In this document: in pieces, positions 45,307-57,278 of the stretch | Position numbering within the stretch: position 1 is the first letter of the stretch | Layout of the letters: each line of letters opens with the position of its first letter | DNA from: Pseudovirgaria hyperparasitica | Taxonomy: Eukaryota | DNA: 64,000 nt | Reading direction: 5' to 3' (one strand) | Assembly: GCA_010093815.1 (NCBI GenBank) | Contig: ML996568.1 | Made by a program: the position numbers and the translations under genes | Notes under the pieces: generated by a model | What the model saw: only the letters and a program-made list of their open reading frames with translations | Told to the model about the DNA's origin: nothing | Database searches by the model: none

Positions 45307-47372
45307 TCAAGTGTTGCTGATGATGACTCGTGCACCCTCTTTCCCAAGTACACCTCGCTCCCGAGCTTTGGGGCTCCGTTCCCGCCCCTTTTTCCGGTTG
45401 AGAAATCCGAGCATACCAGTCGGTCGTTGATCAGTCGAGGCCTCATTCTTTGGAGAGATCATGGCACTACTCTGGTTAGCCATCTCAGACCATGAACCTG
45501 TCTCGTTGAGGACGACTTGCACTCCTCCACCCATTGATGTACTACGCGTGCTGCCACGCTGTCTATTGATGGGTCTTGAGTATAATTGTTGCGACTTCTC
45601 TGCAGCTTTATCCGGGAAATAGTCCCTCTTTTCTTCTCGATCACGTGCATAGTCCGATCTGCCTCGAGTCGATCTTTGCGAGGTTGGCGAACCACTAGAG
45701 AGATGGCCGTGTGTTGGAATTGGAGGCGAACCATTGGGGCTTTGCGTGCGCGCGCGGTCCTTATGGGACGAGGTAGGACGAAGTCTTTCGGAGCCTTCTG
45801 ACGTCTTGGATGCAGAATACTCATGCACAGGCGATGGTACCTGAGTCGGTGGGTTACTATGGTTGCCGCTGCCGTTCCCGCTTCCATTGCCTTCCACAAC
45901 GACTGGTGCACGATCTGCACCCACGGTTGTATAGTTGAAAGGTTCAAATAATGATTCAATCATTTTGTGCAGCTCTTCGGCTCGAATTTCTTGTGCCGTG
46001 GCATCATCTTTGAGTTGCTCTCTGGGCTTTTGTCTCCGGGCGCGTGCTTCTAGAGGGGCTTCCTCCAGGAGCAGCTCTTCTAGATCATATGTAGCGTCGA
46101 AATTAGTCTTTTCGCTAGACGGGAGAAACACTGGTTCGTATTCTTTGCGCTCCAGAGCGTCAAAGTCCAACTCCCGGAAGAAGGGATTGTCAGCAAAACT
46201 TTCAAAGCTGATAGCTCCTATGCGCTTCTTGCGGTCTTTCTCCAGCAAGGAGCTGATCGCATGCAAGCATGGCATGGATACAGGAGGATTTGTGACCGGG
46301 TAGGTTGGCTCGCCCTTTTGAATTTTGGCAGATAATTGTTCGTGGTTACATGCTTCGAACGGGCGCTTCAGAGGGAGTATGTTAGCACATGACTTCATGA
46401 TGAGCACAACTGACGAACCTTATTGTATATGCACTCGTAAAAGAGCACACCCAAAGACCACCAATCTACCTCGCAGGAGTAGCCCTTTCCTTGGTACACT
46501 TCTGGAGCAAGGTATGCAAGAGTACCAGACTTGCTTGTGAGTGGTTTGGCAGGTGTGAAGTCGGATGCAACATTCTAATTTGTGTTAGCATGGTGTGTAT
46601 TCAATGGAAAAGTGGAACGCACGAAGTCTGCCAGATGCACATGTCCATCAGAATCCAATAGTACATTGTCAGGCTTGATATCGCGATGCACTATGCCTTG
46701 CTTATGAATGTAACGAATAGCACATCCAAGCTCAGCTATCCAAAATCGTACGGCATCTTCAGTGAATGTTTTTCGTGAAATATGAAATCGCAAATCACCG
46801 CCATTCATCAGATCGACTACAATATACCTGGAGACTTTGTTAGTTGACATTCTGGAATCGGTGTTAGTGCCATACAAGTACTCGATGTCCTGGAAACTGT
46901 AGCGCAAATTACACAGGAACGGATGATTGAGGTGTTCCAGCATCCGTCTCTCTCGTATTATGTTCCGTACGCTCTCAGACCGTACAACTGTTCCACTCCG
47001 TTAGCTTCTATGTATTCTTTTGCTTCATAGCGGGCTCTGGCAGCAACTCCCGTCCGAAAGGCACGGTAAGGAGTGCAGGAAGGACTGACCTTCATCTTTA
47101 CGAATGTATTTGAGAGCGAATGTGAGACCAGTATCTTTGCGTTCTACGATACGGACTTTACCAAAAGCACCTTTTCCGACGACGCGGAGAAGACGAAAGT
47201 GGTTCAAGTTCACTGTGGAGAGAAGGAGGGTTAGCAAGCGTTCCCAAGGATGACTTCTGGTAGAAGGAAGAGCGAAGCAGAGGCAGCAAAGGATGGGATG
47301 GATTGTGCATGGACTTGTGGCGGACATACCTTCATCTGTGAAGACCACGGGCTTCCCGTTGGAATTACCCAT
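45307..47372 (-). CDS. AGC/YANK (STK32-like) serine/threonine protein kinase, ~565 aa; exons 47372-47330, 47212-47090, 46987-46876, 46827-46623, 46574-46419, 46365-45307
   Basis: MGNSNGK start (possible myristoylation); [23 protein letters not shown] (the DFN typical of YANK kinases); [29 protein letters not shown]. Confidence 0.92.
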
Positions 47373-47803
47373 TGCGTATCTACTGAAATAGATTGGTTCA
47401 AGTGTATTTAGATTGACATGAATGCCAAGCCGAGTATTCTGATCAACGACACCAAGCTGGAGTCGTGGAAAGAGATATGTGCCGGAAGCGAGGAGTGACG
47501 TTGAGGATCGAACAGGGTGGGAAGGACAAGGCGAGATATCGGTAGATTGGCGATCAATCAGACGGGTGTACAGACGAGGAGGGATAGGACCGTATCGAAC
47601 GATGCGTGTGCGGAAGATAGAAGGGAATTAGACGAAGGCTTCTTCTATGCTGGATCTGGGCGAAAGGAATAGGAATGGTAATTAAGGGCGTTGAAGGAAG
47701 CCCGAGTATAGTGGGAGAGTGAAAGAGGAGCGAGTTGATAGCAGAGGAGGCTGAAGCTGGATAGCGGTAGGTAATTAGATGGGTGGGTAGAGCAGGTATA
47801 GGG

Positions 47804-47916
47804 AGAGAGAGAGAGAGAGAGTGAGTGAGTGACAGAGTGACAGCCTTAAGTGAGTGGTGCCAGGTGCGCGAATGAGTAAGTAAGTGAGTGAGTGAGTGAG
47901 TGAGTGAGTGAGTGAG
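47804..47916. repeat. (GA)n and (GTGA)n microsatellites upstream of the kinase
   Basis: gagagagagagagagag and gtgagtgagtgagtgag runs. Confidence 0.85.
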
Positions 47917-49757
47917 GGGCCAGAGGGTGGTAATAATAACAATTGAGCCCTGGCCATGGGGTCAGACAGTGGTAGTCAGTGGAAGTCAGTAATAGTCAGG
48001 CTGCGAATTTAGCATTTTTAGCTGGCCTAGTGCCCGCTAACACGCAAAATAAGTCGCGGAAATGTTCTCGAAAGCCGCCAACAAGCTTCCACCAGCGCTA
48101 TAAGGTTGGCTGGTCGCTCTCCTATCGCCTTTCTCCACACACAATCCACCCCAATCCACACTACCAAAACGCCTTACACTACCACACACACACACACTCT
48201 CTCTCTCTCTCCCGCCACCATCTTTCTGCCCTATATGGCGGCCCTACGTGAACAAATTACGGATTACTACCATGTTCAACAGTTCTCTGGAAATTCTTCT
48301 GCAACGTGCCGAATAGAACCACAATCGCCTACCCCTTTCTCTCGTGGCCCTCCCTCCCCTTACCGCTGGTCTGTTGGCCTGTCACTGCGGTCATTCCAAG
48401 GGGAACTCCGGCTTGCTGCATGCATACCGCATCATGCATCAGTCGCCAAGCTGCGCAAATGCTTCCACCCCGCTAATCTGTTTCCCCTTCTTCACGCGTT
48501 GTTGGAATTAAAAAGAAAGGCTTGTCCACTGCCGGATCCCAAGTAGGTGCTTCAAAGTATCGTTCATCAAACAGTCGTTTGTCGTTGTCCGGCTTGCTCG
48601 CGAGTCTGAAGCATTCGATTCACACAGTGTTGGCGGCATGACGCCGCAAACCTTGTCGATTGTCATCGCCACCACTCTCCCCCTTGTGCAGGCCCTGCGA
48701 AAACAAACCCCTGATGCCGACAAGAGCATTGGCCGTATGATGCGCGTTCCCACGTGTCCTAACTCTTGTCGGCCTCGGACGTATGCGCAATGCGGAAGTT
48801 TCATCTTCGCAAAGCAATGGGTCTGCGCTGACGCAGGATCTCTGAGAAATTGAAGTGGTTAAAAATAGCGACATGGCGCTCATCGGACGTCTTGAGCTAG
48901 AGTCACGCGTCGGTCACGTTCTGTGTTTTGTCTGGGTTTAGTCTCCTTTTCTGTCAAAATAGGAGAAAGTGAAGCTTGCGACATGCATTTGCAAGCCCAC
49001 CGCTGTTTCGTGTCTGACGTCGCCACGGTCCAGGTTGATTATTATTACAGTCACTTTTGCCAGCCTTCATTCGCAGCTATTCGTTACTCCGTCTGACAAT
49101 CTTAACAACTTGCATATCAATACGACTGCACTATAGATGCGACCTGGCTGCTATAGTCAAAGCTCGCTCTTTCGCGAGTCACGACAAATCCTCTGTTAGC
49201 CATCACATGAACAAAGCGCAAGAATAGAGTTTCGGCTCCCACAACTCACTGTGCCTCGAGTGAACAAGCCTCCTAAAGGACCCAGAACATCCAGCAGACG
49301 TACTGATCGCCTGTTCTACGGCCTATCGTATCCTTGATCCTCGTCTGATCGAAATTATTATGACTGCGTTCGGCTAACAGGCCTGAGCTACATGTGCACT
49401 CATGCTTGGCGCCTCAAGCTGAAATTCACTATAGCTACTAAGGTCCAAGTCTGAGCTTACGAGCTAACTGCTGCGTCTAGAACCCTCAACTGTCACGCCC
49501 TATATACGTTAGGCAAACTCAAGGATCTCTAGGATAAACCTTGATGTGCCAATGTCATTGTACTCTGCTCCATGGCGTCTCAAACTCGAATCATTGTCAC
49601 ACTGTCGTCGGCATCTAGATTCTTCCTTGAGTCGGCATCGGTACTGCTTAGAACCTCATGGCCAGATTTATTTCCCCACGATACACCGACTTTGCGTCGG
49701 AGAAATCGTTGGGCTGATGTGCACTCCCATGTGGCTTATAATGAATCAGCCTTCCCA

Positions 49758-50887
49758 TCAATCAAACTTTTCTCCGACCAGATTCTCGCTCAACGTCCAG
49801 AGCCTCTCCGCAAATGTGGGGTCCACGGCATGGGGTGGAAACGACGAATCGACATTACATGCTGCGAGCACAGCACCATTGCTATCCGCAAGGCTTGGAT
49901 CAAACGCACCCAAAAGATAGCTGGCTGAACCTTGCTGTACGCTTTTGGGAGGAACCCAGTCCGGGTTCGGGCTTCCATTTGGCATGAGCCATCCACGATC
50001 TATCATTTCTTGTAATGATATTTCTCTTGCAAGTCTTGTTCCACCACAACCTCAACAACAAAGTCAGCGAAGAAAGCACACTTAGAACCTTGAGCATGCG
50101 ACATTCTCACCTCCTGGGTCGACACCAAACGAGCGAAGGCCCACTTTGCCGTACTTCCTCGCCAACGCGACTGAAAAGAGGAGATTCGCAGATTTTGATT
50201 GTCCATATGCGAGAAATTTCTCGTACTCCTTGCCCATACCGAAATTTGGATCCTCAAATCGTACCCCTCCTGCACGAGAACCGGCACTGCTGACGTTAAC
50301 TACTGAAGCACCTCCATTCGACTTAAGCAAGGCCGGCATGATCAGATTCGTAAACGTAAAGTGGCCTAGATGATTGACACCGAACTGCAACTCGTGACCA
50401 TCCTCAGTTGTCTGGAATGTGGGAGTAGCCATGACTGCCGCATTGTTGATGAGCGCATCGACAACCGGCGTCATATCGAGCAGCTCAGCTGCGGCCTTAC
50501 GAACCATTTTTTGACTTGCCAAGTCGAGTTGCAGTGCTCTGATACTGTCCGTCTGTCCCAGGGGCTCTAGTTCTTGGATGACGGCCTGTATGTTCGAATG
50601 CGTTCGACTTGCGAGAACCAATAACTTTGGGGACTTTTTGAATATTGCTCGAGCAGCGTCGGCACCAATTCCACCAGGCCCAATACCGGTTATTACAACT
50701 GATACAAGTTAGTAGCCACCATCGTGAAGTAAATTGTGAGTCTACACATGCCTACTTTATCTTTGATACGATCTGCGAAAACATTCGCTATCTCATCTGA
50801 CGTAGTTTCCCAATTGAAGCGACCTTTCAAATCCTTCTCACGCCAGGTGGACGCGGCAGCCGCCTTCTCACCGTCCGTCAAAGACAT
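49758..50887 (-). CDS. Short-chain dehydrogenase/reductase (retinol dehydrogenase/WWOX-like group), ~338 aa; exons 50887-50752, 50698-50111, 50050-49758
   Basis: VVITGIGPGGIG; LINNAAVM; ELQFGVNHLGHF; NVSS; YGQSKSAN (YxxxK); KSVQQGSAS; AERLWTLSENLVGEKF. Model needs a GC donor at 50751 and a GAG acceptor at 50051. Confidence 0.85.
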
Positions 50888-51841
50888 GGTTGCTCATATG
50901 TAGTGACCTGTCCTGAACGCCGTGGCGACGTCGCTGTTGCACGAGATGGGGATTCTCCTGAGGAGCGCGCAGACTCAAACGTTCTAGTCTTGTTCAAATC
51001 AACGAAAGCTACAATACACTCAATAGGAACAGCATCGCTTTATATACATCGCAGACGGCCGCTGCACGCTACGCCCGGCCTAGACAAAGTAATACGTGGT
51101 AGAATAGAGCCACCGGTTGGGCTCGTCCAAGTTTTCGTCTATACTTGCATCATCTCTGCCTCCAACAGTCCTACAATCTATGGCGCCGGCAAGCACACGC
51201 TCCGGGTCGTGCTCGCGTTCGCGCTCACGCTAGGTATTGTAGCTACCAAGCCGTTGTCGTAAGGCGTCCCTGTGACCCTTTCCTTAGTGACCCCTAAGCA
51301 ACGGTGCAGTGCGTCTGTGCGAAGCGGCCTCCTGATTTCACATGTGCAGTCTTTGTGTTGTTCATCAGTCGAAGAGATAGCAATGACCTGTGGTCTCGGC
51401 AGTGTATTATAGAGGAGCGTAGTCGAGTCTACTGTTGCTGACTCGATGCATCGCCAACATGCACATTTCACAGATCAACAGGGGACGCTCCACCGCATCG
51501 GGTCTAGTTTGAGAATATCTGAGCACGGATATCTCCGGCCTAACCCCACGCCCAATAACAGGTATTGACCCCACTGCACCCGTGAAAGGACAGTCCACTC
51601 TGCGTCATTTCATGCGCGACCACCGTATTCAGTAGATAGGCGGCAGCATCTATGTGAACAGGTGTAAGCATTTATCGTGTTTCCTACTTCAATCATGCTC
51701 TCTCGATGATATCCTTCTCTGTCATTCTGTTCACACTCAGCATCGCTGTTCTCATACGCTTCGCCGGTAGGCATCAGCACCGTTGACGTAGCGAATCTGC
51801 TAACACTTAGTATAGCTCAACTATACACACAAACCCACATT

Positions 51842-52773
51842 ATGCGTCGTGGCCCTCGTTTCGTGAATCTACAAAATAACGGGCCTCGCAATTTACAGAC
51901 CGCACCATCCACCAGCGACGACTACGCGTCCGGTCCGTCTCCAAGCGACGTCCGCCTCGTCCGTGCATACCTCAAGCACCTGTCACTCCCCACCGAACTC
52001 GTACTCTCCATCCTTGACGAAGCAGACTATCGCCCCCTCCTTATAGCTCACCGAAACGAGAAAGTGGCACTATACTCCCACGTTTCCCGTAGCGGTAACG
52101 AAGGCGCAGCTCTGTACCTGACGTCTCCTGTCATCCCGGTTGGGCTCAAGAGAGCTGGAATCACACATGTTCCCAAGAAGATAACGTACCGGATATCAAG
52201 TCATGACCAGGGCTACTGCAGCGAGCCTGGTCTTGCAGGAACGTATAATGGGCATACCTGGTTCGAAGCGACTATTCTTCGCCCTCGGTCTGACACTGAT
52301 ACGGGTCCCGGGAGTGTTGGAATAAACTACCAACCGCTGGAAAGACAATTTCCCCGCCAGCCCTTGCCATCTTGGAAAAATCCCGGGGATGCAGCAGAAA
52401 GTATCCAGTCCTATGGTTGGGATTTCATTCTCGATGAGGATGGCAATGCCATATCTTGGCGCGTACAAAACAATTTGAGTGCCACTAGGTCGGATGTGGA
52501 ACACGAGATTACATGGGAGAAAGGGCAAGAAGTCGAGATTATTGACCCAAGTACTAATGACTTTAACGGAAGAGGGAATGGCCAGGGCTTCTTTGACATC
52601 CTAAGAGAAGGTGATCGAATTGCCTTGTGGGCTCGTGCTTTGGTACGTTGCTTTTAATCCCTCTCTTCCCTCATCCACGCTCTATAGCACAAGCTGACAA
52701 TCTGCAGTATCCTGGCTGGATCAATCACATCAAGGAAGCCAGCATCGAGATTACATATGACGAGCATCAGTGA
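51842..52773 (+). CDS. Conserved-looking fungal hypothetical protein (~288 aa) with F-box-like LPxEL start and SHDQG/WFEA/WARA-YPGW motifs; exons 51842-52642 and 52708-52773
   Basis: LSLPTELVLSILDEADY; ISSHDQGY; TWFEA; LREGDRIALWARAL|YPGWINHI across intron GTACGT...GCTGAC...CAG. Confidence 0.75.
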
Positions 52774-52870
52774 AATTCTCAAAACCAGCCTACATATTCC
52801 GCTTTGGCAATTGAATGGTGAGATTCAGTAGTCTCCTACGATTGGGCAGACGAGCATATACAACTGTAAA

Positions 52871-53331
52871 GCTCTGTGGGAATATGGTAGATTAGACGTG
52901 ACAAAGTTGCTTGACGGTCTTAACTCGTCTAGCTACGCTCTATATATATATAAGCCTAGCACTCGATAAGATTTGAGTAATGGGGATGACATACTAGAAA
53001 TCCCGATGTGGGATTTCATCCCTATTATTTAGATCTTTTTAAGCGCTAGGCTTATATACATAGAGTGTAGCTAGACTAGATAGGACCGTTAATCAACTTT
53101 GCCACGTCTAAATCTACCAACAGAGCATCTATGACACACCCACGTGATGTCGACACACGTGCTTTGTGGGAACTTCGGTAGATTTGATGTGGTAAAGTTG
53201 ATTGACGTATCTAAGTAGTCTAAATATCAACTATATATACAAGCCTAGTGCTGTGGTCATATAGTTGGTATATAGACTAGATAGATACGCCAATCAACTT
53301 TGTCACGTCAAATCGACCGAAGTTCCCACAG
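52871..53331. repeat. Compound inverted-repeat (double foldback) element: two tandem related hairpins, possible MITE relic or hairpin-RNA locus
   Basis: Hairpin 1 arms ~52885-52963 and ~53042-53119; hairpin 2 arms 53165-53236 and 53259-53330. All four arms share a GGTAGATT(T/A)GA(C/T)GTG..AAAGTTG-like core. Confidence 0.9.
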
Positions 53332-55263
53332 CCTTCATCCTTGATCGACCCGCAGCAGGAATATCGGATGGTAATTAATCACCCCAATTCGAACACCACA
53401 TTCCCCTCGCGCCACAGTTGTACGGCAGGAGAACTTGTGCGTCACCTGTGTGACTGGTCTAGCAGATTATTTTCGACTCAAAAAACAATATCCGCTTACA
53501 TGGTTGTACAAACATTGGTCCATCTTAGGTACCGTGATGAATATGAAAGATCTGCCCATTTCTCAACACCCGGTACCACTGACGTCTTCTTGGACGTCTC
53601 GTCATCAGGGCGTTGCATTGTCGTCGGTATAAGATGCAGCGGCCGCTATAAAACCTACAATAATTGAGTATGAGTATCACGGGATTATCAGAGTAGTAGG
53701 CCAGAGCAGCGTGCTCATTTGAAAACAAGCAAGTAATTTGGCATACATAATCACACGTCTTGCGTTATATACAGCTGATTTTATCGTGTCAACGACGGGG
53801 GGTGGGGGTAGAGCGGGGAAGGGGAGTAGTAAAGGTATGTATTGGGGGCATGATGGGATAGAATGCAAAACTTGTAGCGATGTATATATATATATATATA
53901 TGAGACCAAACTCTGAGAGCATATCGTCTTTGGTCGACTTTGAGCATTGATATGTGTGCAGTGGTGGGTGGTGCGCTGGTATATATATATACATATATTG
54001 CAGTGAGAATCGTGAGATGTGTGGGTTAGTTAGTCAGGCAGGCAGGCAGATATGACGTCTACTTAATAGAGTATATCAATATTCTACTGAGTTTTGTACG
54101 AGGTTTGTATTAGAGGTAGTAGGTAAGGGGGTTAGCGTAATTACTGGTAGTTCTGTTCTCTAGGCTTCAAGTCCTGTGGCGCGTGTGTGTGTGGGATGAC
54201 AGGAGTATATATATATATATATATACCACCTTTTTATTTGTGTTCGAGTTTTGTGTGTTTTGGTGCGGTTTGTGGCATCGTCAGGTGGGGAGGAGGTGGG
54301 AAGATGAGGTGAGGTGAGGTGAGAGACGTGTGATGAGGGTGGGTTGCGTGCTTTGGAAACCTCGGACTTGCTGCTGGGATCGTGGCTGTTGTTGTTGCTA
54401 ATTATATTGTAATATAATACGATGGCATGCTCTCGTGGGTACAGCTGCTGCTTTTTCTAATGCTGTCTGTAGGTCATCCTCGTCCTCGTTCATCTTTGCG
54501 TCTATCTCTGCGGACTGTTCTTCAACCTTTGCGACAGCGCCCTCCCCGCCCAGTCCCCAAGACATAAAACCAGGAACGTGGTATATCTGGCTGGCACTGG
54601 CGACGTGCTTGCGACCAGGAGCGGCGAGTGCTGCATCGGATGCTCCACCGATGAACAATAAGTCGGGAGTATCCTGACAGATACGGCAGTGTCGAATATT
54701 GCTCATCTGAGAGAACTCGACTGACTGTGTCTGGTATCCATCACTTCGCAACGGTTTCCGATTTTTGCTACGCGCTGGTTGGTGGAGAAGCCAGAGGTGT
54801 GGTGGTCGAGAGCTCGAGCATTGGGAAGCCAAACGAGCCTATTTTTGGAAGCGTGGTGAGTGTGTACTCCTGGAAGGCCTTACTTGTTAATGCTCTGACT
54901 GTATGGTAGGATGGAGTATTTTCTCTGGTAATTGGACATATTGGGTTGTGCATGGAGATCTGCGCTCTGAGGTGTGAGTAGTCTAGGAGATGATCTGCTT
55001 GAGAGGAAGCTTTGACTGACTTTGGTGTAGGGCGTTATTGACGGCGTTTCTCCAGAATGGCTCTGGTGTCGCATGGTCGGAGGAGTTTGGATGGTGATAT
55101 AGACCTGGAAATTGTGGGTACTATGGCCGTAGGGCTCTAGGTCTCGGTGTAAGTTTCCCAGATGTACATAACCATGTCGAACATTTTTCGCTTTGTATCG
55201 AGGTCTTAGTCTCTTTATTCGTGTCTAGATAGATCGTATGTGTTGCTGGGTGATATCCCATGA

Positions 55264-56954
55264 TCAAGTCGCACTCAGTGCAGGCCGGGGTTGCCTTGTG
55301 CTCACAGCGATTCTCTCAAGGACACCGTCATCAATGATAATACTACAGTCAAGTAGACGATCCGTCAAGTATTTGTCGAAACGCTTTGGGACATACGTCG
55401 CGGTCACGAGCATTGCCAGTGGCCAGCAAAGAAGGCTCGCGTTTGTCACTGTGACTGCTTCCTTGAAAGACGTAGGTGCTTTGGCCATGAGTGGCATGTC
55501 TGTGGCGACAGGCCGCGAGCCGATAAGACCGAGCATGTAGGGTACGCTAAGGCAGAGTTCTTCATAAAGGCGACTGATCCGGGAATTGATGGTCTTGACT
55601 AGATCATGTTGATCGAAGCCCTGGGATCGAGAGAGTGCAGAGAGCACTTTGATCATGATGTCGTTTGTGATGAGCCGTATGACGCGGTACCGATTCCACA
55701 TGCCTGCGTGACCGACTGTTGGGTATATATGGGCCATGTCGCCAAAGATGCGGTCTTTGGTCTCGGCCTGTCCATCGTGCTCTGTTGCATATGTGCTGTA
55801 CCAGTTCTCCATGGGCAGATCCAACGCCCACATGGCCAACGTATCTTCAAGAGCCTGAGCTTCACTCAGGAGAACGCGGATGCTGTCCATCTTTTCGCAG
55901 CTGTCCGACAAGGCAGGCTTGGTAGAGTCGAGATTCAACGCCAGGTTCTGGCTTCTGAGCTTTGCGGCAATGACAAGACAACGGTCAAATTCCAGGGCAA
56001 TGCCCTCTTCGCCAAATTGAGCCCCATCTCGCAATAACATTGGAACGGGCATGCTTCTGAGAAGCAGTGTCCGCAGGAGTTGTCGACGCACAAGCTTGTC
56101 AATCTGGAGGCTGACGCTCGTACGATCACTGTGCTGCCGTCGCAGCTTCAGTAAAGAAATGGCACCGTCGTGATGGGCGAAGCTTCTACTGGCTAATCTG
56201 CGAATATTGTCTTCAAGCAGTGCTTGCTTCCTGTCCATCATACAGTTCTCGTAGAAGGACAACAACATGGCGGAGAGTACTACATCATCATTCGTGGCGT
56301 CCTGCGGACTTCGGAGCGCGGTATTGGTCCTGGCCAACGCCTCCGCGTAGAATGCCATGCCGGCAGATAGAGCAGCTTGATTCTGGCGAGCTCTTCCAAA
56401 TATAGCATGGGCAACAGCAGATACTGCTCGTTCCAGTATCGAAACATTCGACGAGAGTATCCACCCAGCGAACGCAAACCGCATATGACCTTGTACCATT
56501 TCAGGCATGCCATGAGGAGTCTCGTGATGCCGCGAAAAGTAGGCGATGGCTTGATCTTCTAGAGGTACATTCAACGCCGGTAGGATCGAATAGTTGTCAA
56601 GATCCATGACAACAGAGTCGACGGGCGTCGTAGAAGAGGTCTCGAAGATCACCAGATCCTTTCCTAAATTTGGCTGCTCGACTTGCTGTTCTACTTGCTT
56701 CTCTACAATGGAACTGCCTTTGACGTTAGGTCCACGAGGCCGCTTCCGCCGCCCGACAGCGTATTCATTTTCATTCAAGAACAGAAAGCTGTTCTGTACA
56801 CCGTCACACTTGACTTTGGCCTTTTGACATCGATTGCATATTGGCTGAGCGCCGTCGCACTGGGTCATGAGTTTAGTATAGAGACATCCCCATATATCAA
56901 ACAACTTACCTTCACCCGACGTTTACGACAAGTCCCACAGCCACGGGACGCCAT
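55264..56954 (-). CDS. Zn(II)2Cys6 fungal transcription factor, ~546 aa; exons 56954-56910 and 56859-55264
   Basis: GCGTCRKRRVK|CDGAQPICNRCQKAKVKC binuclear cluster split by intron GTAAGT...CAG; fungal TF middle region (MLLSFYE, HHDGA, WNRYR, SVPY, LLCWPL). Confidence 0.92.
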
Positions 56955-57278
56955 GACATTGTGATTCCGATGCAGTGGAGTGGCTAAGGCACGAGACGGG
57001 AATGTTGTGAGTGGTGGATGGGTTGGATCGTCATGACAAGCCTCAATGCTTAAGCATGGTTGCCTGGTCCGAGCTTTGGAGCTTACTATCGGGTACACAG
57101 TAGTTCGTTAATTCTATACATTGCATCTATCTATGTCATCTTCTCCTCAAACATCATGGAATACCTCCGATAAGAAAACCGTCTACTACACGCTCGAGGC
57201 GACTCCTGGCATCCGGAAAAGTCCATATAACACCATCGCCATCAGGTTCCGGCAACCCCGGCGGTGGCAGCGACAGGC

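Noticed and set aside
52871..53331. CRISPR-like or autonomous transposon interpretation of the repeat element
   Set aside because: Repeats are long and inverted without unique spacers, the genome is eukaryotic, and no cas or transposase ORF is nearby.
54398..55074. Possible spliced minus-strand gene downstream of the TF
   Set aside because: A GTAAGG donor exists, but no branch/acceptor model is convincing and no motif is recognisable; left unannotated.
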